In this document: positions 9,123 to 18,093 of the stretch, one piece after another | How the letters are laid out: each line of letters opens with the position of its first letter | How positions within the stretch are numbered: the stretch's first letter is position 1 | DNA from: Streptosporangiales bacterium | GTDB lineage: Bacteria > Actinomycetota > Actinomycetes > Streptosporangiales > WHSR01 | Length of the DNA: 64,000 bases | NCBI GenBank assembly: GCA_009379995.1 | Contig: WHSR01000010.1 | Span: 18,214 to 82,213, forward strand | Direction: 5' to 3' | Program-made: the position numbers and the translations under genes | The notes under the pieces: generated by a model | What the model saw: the letters and a program-made list of their open reading frames with translations, nothing else | Told to the model about the DNA's origin: nothing | The model's database searches: none

Positions 9123-9419
9123 CTACTGGCGCTGCTGGACCTTCTGGATGAGGCGCTGCCCCACCGAGGCGTCCTCGCCCTCCTCCGGGAGAAGCAGCCA
9201 CCCGATGACGTAGATGAACGCGCCAGCGCCGCCGAAGAACGTCAGCACGGCGACGATCAGCCGGATGATGTTGGCGTCGAGCGAGAAGTACTCCGCGAGG
9301 CCGCCGCAGACGCCGGCGACCATCCGGTCGCGTCTGCTTCGGCGAAGGGTCTTCGGTCCCGGTGTCTCGTGTGGTGTAGTCATGTCTCGATAGTGCCCCC
9401 AAGTGGGGTGTTTTCCCAT
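9123..9419 (-). CDS. PspC domain-containing membrane protein
   Basis: Contains RMVAGVCGGLAEYFSLDANIIRLIVAVLTFFGG, the PspC domain signature. The true start may be the internal M at 9383. Confidence 0.7.
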   Translation of the reverse strand: MGKHPTWGHYRDMTTPHETPGPKTLRRSRRDRMVAGVCGGLAEYFSLDANIIRLIVAVLTFFGGAGAFIYVIGWLLLPEEGEDASVGQRLIQKVQQRQ

Positions 9420-9476
9420 CCGGGTTAGCCCGGGGGCTTCCCTGAGGAGACCCGGACAGCACGCTGACCCGAACCC

Positions 9477-10613
9477 CTAGCTCGGCAGGGGGCCTTCGAA
9501 CACGTCGAGGACGCAACTGGGGCGCGCCAGCCGCCAGCCGCGTTCCGGCGGCCCGGCCGAGGCCGGTCCCTCCACATTCGTCGTCCGGCGCGCCACGATC
9601 CGCAGATCGCCCACCCGCAACGGCGACGCGTAACGAAGGTAGCGGGCGAGCCGGTCGACCGTATCGCGCTCGCCGTACCCCAGCAGCCGCTCGCCCCGTA
9701 CGACGGCCAGTCCGTTCCTGCTGTACAGCCCGAACATGATGCTGCCGGGATCCGGATCGGTGAGGTCGGCGAGTTGTACGGGATAGTCCTCGTCCAGCGC
9801 GAGACGGGCGGCCCACCCCTCGACCAGGGGCGGCGCCTCCATGACCGTCGGTTCGGAGGCGAGCAGCTCGCGCAGGGCCTTGACCGTATCGTCCGTCGCC
9901 CCTTCCATGCTGGCCAACACCGACGCGGTGACCGGGACGTAGGCCTCGGGGCCCGCGTGTGGGCCACGCAGCCGCTGGAAGCCGCAGCACTCGACGCTGC
10001 TGCTGATGAGGTCGGTGCGCCGCCAGTGGAACGCGACCGACAGCTGCAGTCCGGGACGCAGCCACAGCGGTACGACGAGCACCCCGCCCTCCGTGAGCTG
10101 GTCCAGCCAGGCGGACGCGAGATCCCATACCCCTACCGTCGCCACTATGCGATCGAACGGGGCGTCCTCGGGCCTGCCCAGCCACCCGTCGCCGGTACGG
10201 AACCGTACCCAGTCGGCCAGCCCCGCGTCGGCGAGGTGATCCCGGGCGGCAAGAACCAGGTCGTCGTCGATGTCCACGCTCACCACGACGCCCTCCGGCC
10301 CGACCAGCTGGCCGAGGAGGGCCGCGTTGTAGCCGGTACCGGCCCCGACCTCGAGGACGCGGTGGCCCGGGCGCGTGTCGAGCTGCTGGAGCATCGCGGC
10401 CATGATCGACGGCTGGCTCGACGAACTGATCGGGATGCCGTCTTCGTCCCTCTTGGTCACCAGGGCCTGGTCGGCGTACACCCGCTCCAGCGGAACGCCG
10501 GGCACGAACGCCTCCCGGGGCACCGTGCGGAAGGCCTCCACCACACGCTCGTCGCGTAGCCACCCGTGTGCGGTGAGCGCGTCGACGAGATCCCGGCGGA
10601 GTCCTGTGCTCAT
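9477..10613 (-). CDS. Long protein-L-isoaspartate O-methyltransferase-like (PIMT-like) methyltransferase with ~170-aa C-terminal extension
   Basis: Contains VPREAFVP...SSSQPSIMAAMLQQL...VLEVGAGTGYNAALL...VVSVDID (PIMT fold and SAM motif I), followed by an extra C-terminal domain. Confidence 0.75.
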   Translation of the reverse strand: MSTGLRRDLVDALTAHGWLRDERVVEAFRTVPREAFVPGVPLERVYADQALVTKRDEDGIPISSSSQPSIMAAMLQQLDTRPGHRVLEVGAGTGYNAALLGQLVGPEGVVVSVDIDDDLVLAARDHLADAGLADWVRFRTGDGWLGRPEDAPFDRIVATVGVWDLASAWLDQLTEGGVLVVPLWLRPGLQLSVAFHWRRTDLISSSVECCGFQRLRGPHAGPEAYVPVTASVLASMEGATDDTVKALRELLASEPTVMEAPPLVEGWAARLALDEDYPVQLADLTDPDPGSIMFGLYSRNGLAVVRGERLLGYGERDTVDRLARYLRYASPLRVGDLRIVARRTTNVEGPASAGPPERGWRLARPSCVLDVFEGPLPS

Positions 10614-10895
10614 GCCGCCAAACCTAGCCGCCCCGCCCTGACGGCCGGGGTGATTCGCACCGCACTGTCACAATTCACCAAGGTCGTACCCATCCGGACG
10701 GGGAGCGGCCGGTCTGCCCCGGCATGGCCGGCAGGTACGAGTGCCCGCGGGCCGGTGTGCGACCATCGAGGAGGACGGGCGGAGGTTGGAGAAAGAAGAG
10801 GACGCCGTGAGCGACGCACGCGAGGCATCGGTGAGAACTACGGCCGGCGAGTACCCGCCGAGCGGGCGGAGAAGCGAACGAAGAGGACTGCGCTG

Positions 10896-12071
10896 ATGGC
10901 TCCTGACCGGAAGCTCGACCCGGTCGACTTCCTGAACCTCGACGCACAGCTCGGGGATGAGGAACGGCTCATCCGCGACACGGTGTGCACGTTTGTTGCC
11001 GACAAGGTCACCCCGCACATCGCCGACTGGTTCGAGCATGGACGATTCCCGGTTGAGCTCGCCGGGGAGGTGGCCCAGCTGGGGCTGCTCGGCATGCACC
11101 TGCGGGGCTACGGCTGCGCCGGCACGAACGCGGTCTCGTACGGCCTCGCCTGCACCGAACTCGAGGCGGCCGACTCGGGGCTGCGCAGCTTCGTCTCGGT
11201 GCAGGGGTCGCTGGCGATGTTCCCGATCTGGAAGCACGGCTCGGAGGAGCAGAAGGCCGAGTGGCTGCCCCGGATGGCCGCGGGCGAGGTGATCGGCTGC
11301 TTCGGGCTGACCGAGCCCGACCACGGGTCCGACCCGGCGGACATGCGCACCTACGCCAAGCGCGACGGCTCCGACTGGATCCTCAACGGCACGAAGATGT
11401 GGATCACCAACGGCAGCATCGCCGACCTGGCAGTGGTGTGGGCGCAGACCGACGAGGGCATCCGCGGATTCCTGGTGCCCAGGGGCACGCCGGGGTTCTC
11501 GGCTCACGACATCGAGCAGAAGCTGTCCCTGCGCGCCTCCGTCACCTCCGAGCTGGTTCTCGACGACGTACGGCTGCCGGCCGACGCCGTGCTGCCCGAG
11601 GTGGCCGGGCTGCGCGGACCGCTGTCGTGTCTGTCCGAGGCGCGTTTCGGCATCCTGTGGGGCGCCGTAGGGGCGGCTCGCACCTGCTACGAGGCAGCGT
11701 TGGAGTACGCGACCACCCGGGTGCAGTTCGGCAAGCCCATCGGGGCGTTCCAGCTCACCCAGGAGAAGCTCGCCTGGATGTTGGTAGAGCTCGGCAAGGC
11801 GCAGCTCCTCGCGCTGCACCTGGGCCGGCTGAAGGACTCCGGCGGACTGCGGCCGCAGCAGGTCAGCTTCGGCAAGATGAACAACGTACGGATCGCGCTC
11901 GACATCGCCCGCCAGGCCCGCACCATCCTGGGCGCGAACGGGGTCACCCTGGAGTACCCGGTGATCCGGCACATGAACAACCTCGAGTCCGTGCTGACCT
12001 ACGAGGGCACCCAGGAGATCCACACCCTGGTGCTCGGCGAGGCGATCACCGGCCTGTCGGCCTACCGGTAG
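10896..12071 (+). CDS. gcdH: Glutaryl-CoA dehydrogenase-type acyl-CoA dehydrogenase
   Basis: ATG at 10896 lies inside the longer ORF 10566..12071. Contains CFGLTEPDHGSDPADMRT, WILNGTKMWITNG, IRGFLV and YEGTQEIHTLVLGEAITG. Confidence 0.8.
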   Translation: MAPDRKLDPVDFLNLDAQLGDEERLIRDTVCTFVADKVTPHIADWFEHGRFPVELAGEVAQLGLLGMHLRGYGCAGTNAVSYGLACTELEAADSGLRSFVSVQGSLAMFPIWKHGSEEQKAEWLPRMAAGEVIGCFGLTEPDHGSDPADMRTYAKRDGSDWILNGTKMWITNGSIADLAVVWAQTDEGIRGFLVPRGTPGFSAHDIEQKLSLRASVTSELVLDDVRLPADAVLPEVAGLRGPLSCLSEARFGILWGAVGAARTCYEAALEYATTRVQFGKPIGAFQLTQEKLAWMLVELGKAQLLALHLGRLKDSGGLRPQQVSFGKMNNVRIALDIARQARTILGANGVTLEYPVIRHMNNLESVLTYEGTQEIHTLVLGEAITGLSAYR

Positions 12072-12143
12072 GTCGACGGGTAGGCCGATGGATAGGCCGA
12101 TGGGTAGCGCCCACCCGTCCAGTTCTGGGGTGTCGACGCGGCC

Positions 12144-12548
12144 ATGACGCTGACGGTGCTGCCCGGCGGGTACGCCGTGTGCCGGCTGCCGCCCGGCGCT
12201 CGCGTGCCGGCCGAGGTGTGGCGGGCGGCGGGCGGTCTCGTCTCGGTCACCACGACGCCGCGGGAGACCTCGGTCGTGTGCCCGGAGAAGGTAGTGCCGG
12301 GCGGCGCCAAGGTCGAGGCCGGCTGGCGGGTGCTCGAGGTGGCCGGACCCCTGGACTTCGGACTCACCGGCGTGCTCGCCTCGCTCACCGTCCCGTTGGC
12401 GGATGCCGGCATCAGCGTGTTCGCCCTTTCCACGTACGACACCGACTACCTGCTCGTCCGGGCGGCGCACCTCGCCGAGGCCGTCGGCACCCTGCGGGAG
12501 GCCGGGCAAGATGTCACCCTGCATCCGAGCGCCCGGTACCCTGACTGA
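12144..12548 (+). CDS. ACT domain-containing protein (CASTOR/ACT_7-like)
   Basis: 134 aa. The pattern YAVCRLP...VSVTTTPRETSVVCPE...GPLDFGLTGVLASLTVPLADAGISVFALSTYDTDYLLV is typical of this small family. Confidence 0.6.
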   Translation: MTLTVLPGGYAVCRLPPGARVPAEVWRAAGGLVSVTTTPRETSVVCPEKVVPGGAKVEAGWRVLEVAGPLDFGLTGVLASLTVPLADAGISVFALSTYDTDYLLVRAAHLAEAVGTLREAGQDVTLHPSARYPD

Positions 12549-12554
12549 CGTTCC

Positions 12555-12627
12555 GGGGCGTTAGCTCAATCGGCAGAGCAGCGGACTTTTAATCCGTGGG
12601 TTCAGGGTTCGATCCCCTGGCGCCCCA
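12555..12627 (+). tRNA. tRNA-Lys (anticodon TTT)
   Basis: Sequence GGGGCGTTAGCTCAATCGGCAGAGCAGCGGACTTTTAATCCGTGGGTTCAGGGTTCGATCCCCTGGCGCCCCA with anticodon loop CTTTTAA. It folds as a cloverleaf by eye. Confidence 0.9.
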
Positions 12628-12910
12628 CCGACAGATCACCAGGTCAGGAAGCTGCACCATCGCCCGCCACAGCGGGCGCGAACGCCGGTCGGCTGGCGCG
12701 GACACGCGAAAGCCCCGGGCCGCCGAGATCGTACGGCGACTCACCGGGGGCTGCAGGCGATCGGGGGCGGTGCCCGTAGCCGGCTCAAGGTCGCGCGGCA
12801 TGCTGACGCTCCGGCCCGGGGTCTCGACGAGGCCTCCGCTGCACATCCCGGTCACCGCGAGGTCCGGTTTCCGCCGGACGGCTGGCGGACGCCCGTGTGA
12901 AGGTTGCGCC

Positions 12911-13723
12911 ATGCAAACTGACCGGGCAGGTACGGCGCGCGGGCCGGCACATAGTGACCGGTATTTTTTCGACCAGGGGGCGGAAGCACGAATTCGCGCG
13001 GTCGAGCAGCTAATGGATCCGGGCAGCATTCGGGTCCTAGCTAACCTTGTGACGCCGGGTGCCCGGTGCCTCGAGGTGGGGGCAGGCGGTGGGTCGATCG
13101 TTCGCTGGCTATGTGATGCCGTGGGTGCGGCCGGTGAAGTCGTTGCTACCGACATCGATACTTGGTTCCTTGAGAGAATTAATGCAGCCAATCTATTGGT
13201 GCGTCGTCATGACATCGTTCATGACTCACTGGAGAAGCGCGGCTTCGACCTCATACACGCTCGCCTGGTTCTGGAGCATCTGCCGGACCGGGACGCCGCG
13301 TTGAAGAAGCTGATCGCGGCCCTGCGGCCGGGAGGCTGGATCGTGCTTGAAGACGCCGACTATGTGTCGGGCGTCCCGGTCACGACGTGGGGATCAACGG
13401 ACTATGAAAGCGTCGAGGCGGTGCGTCGCCGTGAGTTCGCTGCCAGCGGCATCAACCACTACCTAGGCCGCGAACTTCCGGGATGGTTGAGGCAGCACGG
13501 CCTGGTACAAGTTGGCAACGAAGGACGCGTCTGGGTCATGGAGGGGGGCTCGGCCGGCGCGCAATGGTTCGGCCTATCCATAGCCCACCTACGTACTCGA
13601 CTGGTCGGCCCGGGCAAGCTCACTGATGAACAAGTCGACCGCATGCTGGCCCTTTTCCAAGACCCCTCCTGGTCAGCGTTCTCGCCGATCATCATGGCGG
13701 CCTGGGGGCAGGCTCCGACGTGA
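12911..13723 (+). CDS. Class I SAM-dependent methyltransferase (visibly lower GC3 than neighbours)
   Basis: ATG at 12911 lies inside ORF 12596..13723. Contains CLEVGAGGGSIVRWL (motif I), VVATDID and LRPGGWIVLED. Many A/T-ending codons. Confidence 0.7.
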   Translation: MQTDRAGTARGPAHSDRYFFDQGAEARIRAVEQLMDPGSIRVLANLVTPGARCLEVGAGGGSIVRWLCDAVGAAGEVVATDIDTWFLERINAANLLVRRHDIVHDSLEKRGFDLIHARLVLEHLPDRDAALKKLIAALRPGGWIVLEDADYVSGVPVTTWGSTDYESVEAVRRREFAASGINHYLGRELPGWLRQHGLVQVGNEGRVWVMEGGSAGAQWFGLSIAHLRTRLVGPGKLTDEQVDRMLALFQDPSWSAFSPIIMAAWGQAPT

Positions 13724-13915
13724 CTCGCCGGTCCGGGACACTGGCCCACGGGCGGATGGGACGCTGCAACGGCACCCGACCCTCGACCCGACGCTCATGG
13801 TGAACATGGGCAACACGAGATACCTCCTGTAGACACCGGTGTCGAGCCCTGGAGATGATGCACACGAATCTTCGCGGTGGCGGGCATCTGTTACGTGGAT
13901 GAATGTGCCGAGGTC

Positions 13916-14860
13916 ATGTCGACGAATCTGAGCAGCGTCGATCTGAATCTGCTGGTGGCGCTGGACGCGTTGCTCGCGGAGCGCAGCGTGACGCGGGCGG
14001 GACAGCGACTGTCGCTGAGCCAGCCCGCCATGAGCGCGGCGCTCGCGCGGCTGCGTAGGCTGTTCGGTGATCCGCTGCTGGTACGGGACGGCCGGACGCT
14101 TCGGCCCACTCCGCTCGCCGAGTCACTCGCTGAGCCGGTTCGCGGCATCCTCACCCGCGTCGAAGACACGCTGGCCCACCGCCTGCGCTTTGATCCTGCC
14201 TCGGATGCGCGGACCTTTTCGGTGATCGCAAGCGATTACGTGACGGTCGTCCTGCTCCGGCCACTGTTCGAACGGTTGGCCGTGCGGGCGCCGCAGGTAC
14301 GGGTCGCCGTCACGCCGCTGGGTCCGGAGTTTCAGGAGCAGATCCGCCGGGATGAGGCGGACCTGCTTATCGTGCCTCGGGAGGTGGCGGATAAGGCCGG
14401 CGACCTGCCGAGCGAGACCCTGTTCGTGGACCGCTTCGTCTGCGCCGTCTGGCGTGACCATCCGGCCGTCGGGGCGACGATGACCGTCGAACAGCTTGGT
14501 GCGCTGCCGTACCTGACCTATGGCGCTCCTGCTTTGGCCTCCTTCGTCGACATCCAGCTCGACGCCCTCGGCGTCACGCGTCAGGTTGAGGTCACCACCC
14601 AGAGTTTTGCCATCGCTCCGTTCCTGCTGCGCGGCACGCGGTTGTTCGCGATGGTGCAGGAACGGCTCGCCAACGAGGTGGCCGAGGCGGCGAACATCCG
14701 GCTGCTCGAGCCGCCGTTGGACCTCAGCCCGATCACCGAGGCGATGTTCTGGCACCCACGCCATAGCAGCGATCCCGCGCATCGGTGGCTCCGTACGCAG
14801 ATCGCCGAGCTCGCCGCCACCCTGGAGGCGGGGCACGAATCGCCAATAACATCCACCTAA
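13916..14860 (+). CDS. LysR-family transcriptional regulator
   Basis: The N-terminal LysR HTH is DLNLLVALDALLAERSVTRAGQRLSLSQPAMSAALARLR, and the length is typical. Confidence 0.85.
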   Translation: MSTNLSSVDLNLLVALDALLAERSVTRAGQRLSLSQPAMSAALARLRRLFGDPLLVRDGRTLRPTPLAESLAEPVRGILTRVEDTLAHRLRFDPASDARTFSVIASDYVTVVLLRPLFERLAVRAPQVRVAVTPLGPEFQEQIRRDEADLLIVPREVADKAGDLPSETLFVDRFVCAVWRDHPAVGATMTVEQLGALPYLTYGAPALASFVDIQLDALGVTRQVEVTTQSFAIAPFLLRGTRLFAMVQERLANEVAEAANIRLLEPPLDLSPITEAMFWHPRHSSDPAHRWLRTQIAELAATLEAGHESPITST

Positions 14861-14950
14861 CGGATGGCTGTCATCAGGAACATAAATTTTCCAAATTTCC
14901 TGACCCGGTCCTAGCGTGTCCGCCATAAGGCACGTACCCAGGGCGAGGCC

Positions 14951-15976
14951 ATGGCAGGACACGAGGAAACTTTCGCACTCGGCCGGTTCCGCCTGCCCTC
15001 GGGTCCATCGTTCGCCGGGGTCGTCCTCGGCGACGTGGTCGTCCGCCTAGGCGCTCTCACCGCGCCCCGGGTGGGTCGTGCCGGCGTGCACGACATCGAG
15101 GGGCTGTTTGCGGACTGGGACGGCCACGTCGCGCGGCTGCGGGAGCGCGTGGCGTCTCTGCGGGACGCCGGGATGGAGGGCGTGCCGCCGGACACGGTAC
15201 ACGAACTGACCGCGCTCAACGTGCTGGCTCCGGTACGGCCGGCGCAGGTGTTCCAGAGCGGCGCCAACTACCGCGCCCACGTGATCGACCTGATCATGGC
15301 CCAGCAGATAGAGACCCGCGCGGCCGAGACCGAGGCGGAGCGACGGGCACGCGCGGCTGCGATCATGGACGAACGTGCCGCCGCCGGGACGCCGTACGTG
15401 TTCGTGGGCCTGCCCAGCGCGATCTGCGGTCCCTACGACGACGTCGTGCTTCCCGCCGACGGCGTGCAGCACGACTGGGAGCTGGAACTGGCCGCGGTGA
15501 TCGGCCGACCCGCCCGCCACGTGCACCGGGACGAGGCACTGTCGTACGTGGCCGGATACACCATCGCCAACGACATCACTACCCGCGACCGAGTCTTCCG
15601 GCCCGACATTCCGGGGATCGGCACGGACTGGCTGGCCAGCAAGAACGCGCCAACGTTCCTGCCCACCGGACCCTTCCTGGTCCCGGCCGTCTTCGTCGAG
15701 GACGCCATGAAGCTGCAGGTGACTCTCCGGCTCAACGGCGAGACCATGCAGGACGCCTCGACGGCGGACATGATCTTCGACGTCGCCCGGCTCATCGAGC
15801 ACACCTCGGCAAAGGCCGAGCTACGGCCCGGCGACCTGCTGCTCACCGGGTCACCCGCGGGGAACGGCGCCCACTACGGCCGGTTCCTGCGACCCGGAGA
15901 CGTCATGACGGCCAACATCACCGCCCTGGGTGAGCAGCGCAATCCCTGTGTGGCCGAGGAGGAGGCGCCCGGATGA
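14951..15976 (+). CDS. Fumarylacetoacetate hydrolase (FAH) family protein
   Basis: Contains DWELELAAVIGR...GYTIANDITTRD...GTDWLASKNAPTFLPTGP...LLLTGSPAGNG. Confidence 0.8.
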   Translation: MAGHEETFALGRFRLPSGPSFAGVVLGDVVVRLGALTAPRVGRAGVHDIEGLFADWDGHVARLRERVASLRDAGMEGVPPDTVHELTALNVLAPVRPAQVFQSGANYRAHVIDLIMAQQIETRAAETEAERRARAAAIMDERAAAGTPYVFVGLPSAICGPYDDVVLPADGVQHDWELELAAVIGRPARHVHRDEALSYVAGYTIANDITTRDRVFRPDIPGIGTDWLASKNAPTFLPTGPFLVPAVFVEDAMKLQVTLRLNGETMQDASTADMIFDVARLIEHTSAKAELRPGDLLLTGSPAGNGAHYGRFLRPGDVMTANITALGEQRNPCVAEEEAPG

Positions 15977-17022
15977 GCAGCCGCCGGATACCGGTCGTGG
16001 ACATCCACGCCCACGTGCTCGTGCCCGAGGTCGAGACGCTCGCGGCCGGACGGGAGGGCTACCTGGCCGAGCAGGAGGCCCACCTGCGGCTGTTCGGCGA
16101 GCGATCCAGCGAGCACAACCGGAGGCTGTTCGCGGAGGAGTGGCTGCTGCCGCTGACCGACGTGGGAACGCGGCTCGGGTTGATGGACGAGGCGGGGGTG
16201 GACGTGCAGGCGGTGAGCGTCGTTCCCACCCAGTACCACTACTGGGCGGAGCCGGCCGTTGCCGCCAACATCGGGGACGCCGTAAACGAGCACATCGCCG
16301 CGCTGGTCGCCGCGCATCCGCAGCGCCTGGTGGGCCTGGCGACGGTCGCGCTGCAACACCCAGACCTGGCAGCCGACCAGCTGCGCCGTGCGGTGCGCCG
16401 CCTCGGCCTGATCGGTGTCGAGATCTCGACCAACGCGGGCGGGAAGGACTTCTCCGACCCGGCGCTCGAGCCGTTTTGGGCCAGCGCCGAGGAACTCGGT
16501 GCCCTGGTCTTCGTGCACCCCTGGGGGTGCACCATGGGCGAACGCCTCGCCTCGTTCTACCTGGCCAACATCGTCGGCCAACCCGCCGAGACGACAGTGG
16601 CGTTGTCCCACCTGATTTTCGGGGGTGTCCTGGACAAGCACCCAGGCCTCCGCATCTGCGCCGCGCACGGGGGCGGGTATCTGCCCTACTACCTGGGCAG
16701 GGCCGACCATGCCTACGAGTTCCGCCCGGAGAGCCGCGAGATGGCGCGCCGCCCGAGCGCCTATCTCGCGGACCTGTGGTTCGACTCGTTGGTTTACCGA
16801 CCGGACACCCTCCGCCAGCTCGTGGCGGTGGCCGGCGCGGACCGGATCCTGCTCGGCACCGACTACCCGTTCGACATGGGCGTCGGCGATCCGTTGTCCC
16901 GGCTCGATGCGATGGCCGACCTGTCACCCGAGGACCGGTCGGCCATCGCGGGTGGCAACGCCGCACGGCTGCTCGACCTGACGCAACCGGAACCGACCAG
17001 GTCGCCTCATGCCCGGCGCTGA
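15973..17022 (+). CDS. Amidohydrolase_2 family protein (ACMSD/LigW-type non-oxidative decarboxylase-like)
   Basis: Contains VVDIHAHVLVPE...VFVHPWG...ICAAHGGGYLPYYLGRADH...ILLGTDYPFDMG. The start overlaps the upstream stop (ATGA). Confidence 0.75.
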   Translation: MSSRRIPVVDIHAHVLVPEVETLAAGREGYLAEQEAHLRLFGERSSEHNRRLFAEEWLLPLTDVGTRLGLMDEAGVDVQAVSVVPTQYHYWAEPAVAANIGDAVNEHIAALVAAHPQRLVGLATVALQHPDLAADQLRRAVRRLGLIGVEISTNAGGKDFSDPALEPFWASAEELGALVFVHPWGCTMGERLASFYLANIVGQPAETTVALSHLIFGGVLDKHPGLRICAAHGGGYLPYYLGRADHAYEFRPESREMARRPSAYLADLWFDSLVYRPDTLRQLVAVAGADRILLGTDYPFDMGVGDPLSRLDAMADLSPEDRSAIAGGNAARLLDLTQPEPTRSPHARR

Positions 17023-17091
17023 CCATGCCGGCCCCTCCGATCACGTGCCGGCGACCCATCGCGGCCCGAGGAGGCAGAGAAGGGAGAGTAC

Positions 17092-18093
17092 ATGTATGAG
17101 CGCCTGATTTCACAGCTGGCCCACGTCGAGTTGCTCACTCCCAGCCCGGAGGAGTCACTGCGGTTCTTCACCGACGTGTTCGGGCTGGAGGAGAGCGGCC
17201 GGGACGACGGGTCCGTCTATCTTCGCTGTTGGGGCGACTTCTTCTTCCACAGCGTGCAACTGACTGAGGCCGCGGAGCCAGCCGTTGGCCACATTGGCTG
17301 GCGAACCGCGGGACCCGACCAGCTCGAGCTGGTGGTCGAGCGGCTCGAGAAGGCCGGCGTCGGCGAGGGCTGGATCGAGCCGCAGCCCGGCCAGGGCTCC
17401 GCGTTCCGCTACCGGGGGCCGGGTGGCCACCTGCACGAGGTGTTCTGGGAGGTGGAGCGGTACGAGGCCCCGCCCGAGAAACGCTCGGCCTTCCCCGCCC
17501 GGCCGCAGACGCCGACGGCGCGCGGGGTAGGGCCGCGGCAGCTCGACCACGTGACGGTGATGACCCGCGACCCGTACGGCGACAGCGAATGGTACCGCGA
17601 CACGCTCGGCTACCGCTTCATGGAGTACACGGTGCTCGATGAGAATCCGGACCTCGTCGTCTTCTCGATGGTGACGACCAACGAGAAGTCGCACGACCTC
17701 GGGCTCATCGCCGACTTCACCGACGTCCCAGGCCGGCTCCACCACCTCGCCTTCTGGGTAGACGCCGTCGAGGACGTCCTGCGCGCCGCGGACGTGCTGA
17801 TGGAGGCGGGCACCCACATCGAGTTCGGGCCCGGCCGGCACGGCATGGGCGAGCAGACTTACCTCTACTTCCGCGAGCCGGGCGGCCTGCGGCTGGAGGT
17901 GAACTCCGGCGGCTACCGCAACTACCAGCCGGACTGGCAGCCGGTCAAGTGGCGGCCCTCCCAGGGCTCGAACACCATGTACCGCAACCTCTCCATGCCG
18001 GATTCGATGCTCGACGCGTTCCCGGCCGCGGCGCCCTCGCCGGAGGTCGAAGCGCCGGCCGTCAACCCCTGGGCACAGGGGGCGGTGCACTGA
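17092..18093 (+). CDS. Two-domain extradiol ring-cleavage dioxygenase (catechol 2,3-dioxygenase-like, VOC superfamily)
   Basis: Contains LAHVELLTP...HIGWR in the N-domain and LDHVTVMT...HHLAFWV...GPGRHGMGEQTYLYFREPGGLRLEV in the C-domain metal-site region. Confidence 0.75.
   Translation: MYERLISQLAHVELLTPSPEESLRFFTDVFGLEESGRDDGSVYLRCWGDFFFHSVQLTEAAEPAVGHIGWRTAGPDQLELVVERLEKAGVGEGWIEPQPGQGSAFRYRGPGGHLHEVFWEVERYEAPPEKRSAFPARPQTPTARGVGPRQLDHVTVMTRDPYGDSEWYRDTLGYRFMEYTVLDENPDLVVFSMVTTNEKSHDLGLIADFTDVPGRLHHLAFWVDAVEDVLRAADVLMEAGTHIEFGPGRHGMGEQTYLYFREPGGLRLEVNSGGYRNYQPDWQPVKWRPSQGSNTMYRNLSMPDSMLDAFPAAAPSPEVEAPAVNPWAQGAVH

Noticed and set aside
9123-9419. FSLD tetrapeptide in the PspC protein, considered as an FxLD-type RiPP precursor for the neighbouring PIMT-like methyltransferase
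   Set aside because: The motif lies within the standard PspC-domain signature (GGLAEYF.LD), and the protein is a membrane protein, not a leader-core peptide.
8926-10563. 545-aa minus-strand ORF overlapping the PIMT-like gene
   Set aside because: It is an out-of-frame shadow (RRGG/PGR-rich nonsense). The 9477..10613 frame carries the SAM-binding and PIMT motifs.
12078-12107. Short tandem TAGGCCGATGG(A) duplication between gcdH and the ACT-domain gene
   Set aside because: There are only two units and no further structure or coding consequence, so it is likely slippage noise.
10668-12524. 618-aa minus-strand ORF antisense to gcdH and the ACT-domain gene
   Set aside because: It has no motifs and shows the typical antisense amino-acid bias (Arg, Gly, Pro, Leu, His, Asp). 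The sense frame is an unmistakable acyl-CoA dehydrogenase.
15851-17113. 420-aa minus ORF and 389-aa plus ORF (15930..17099) over the amidohydrolase gene
   Set aside because: Both are Arg/Pro/Gly nonsense. The 15973..17022 frame has the amidohydrolase_2 metal-ligand motifs.
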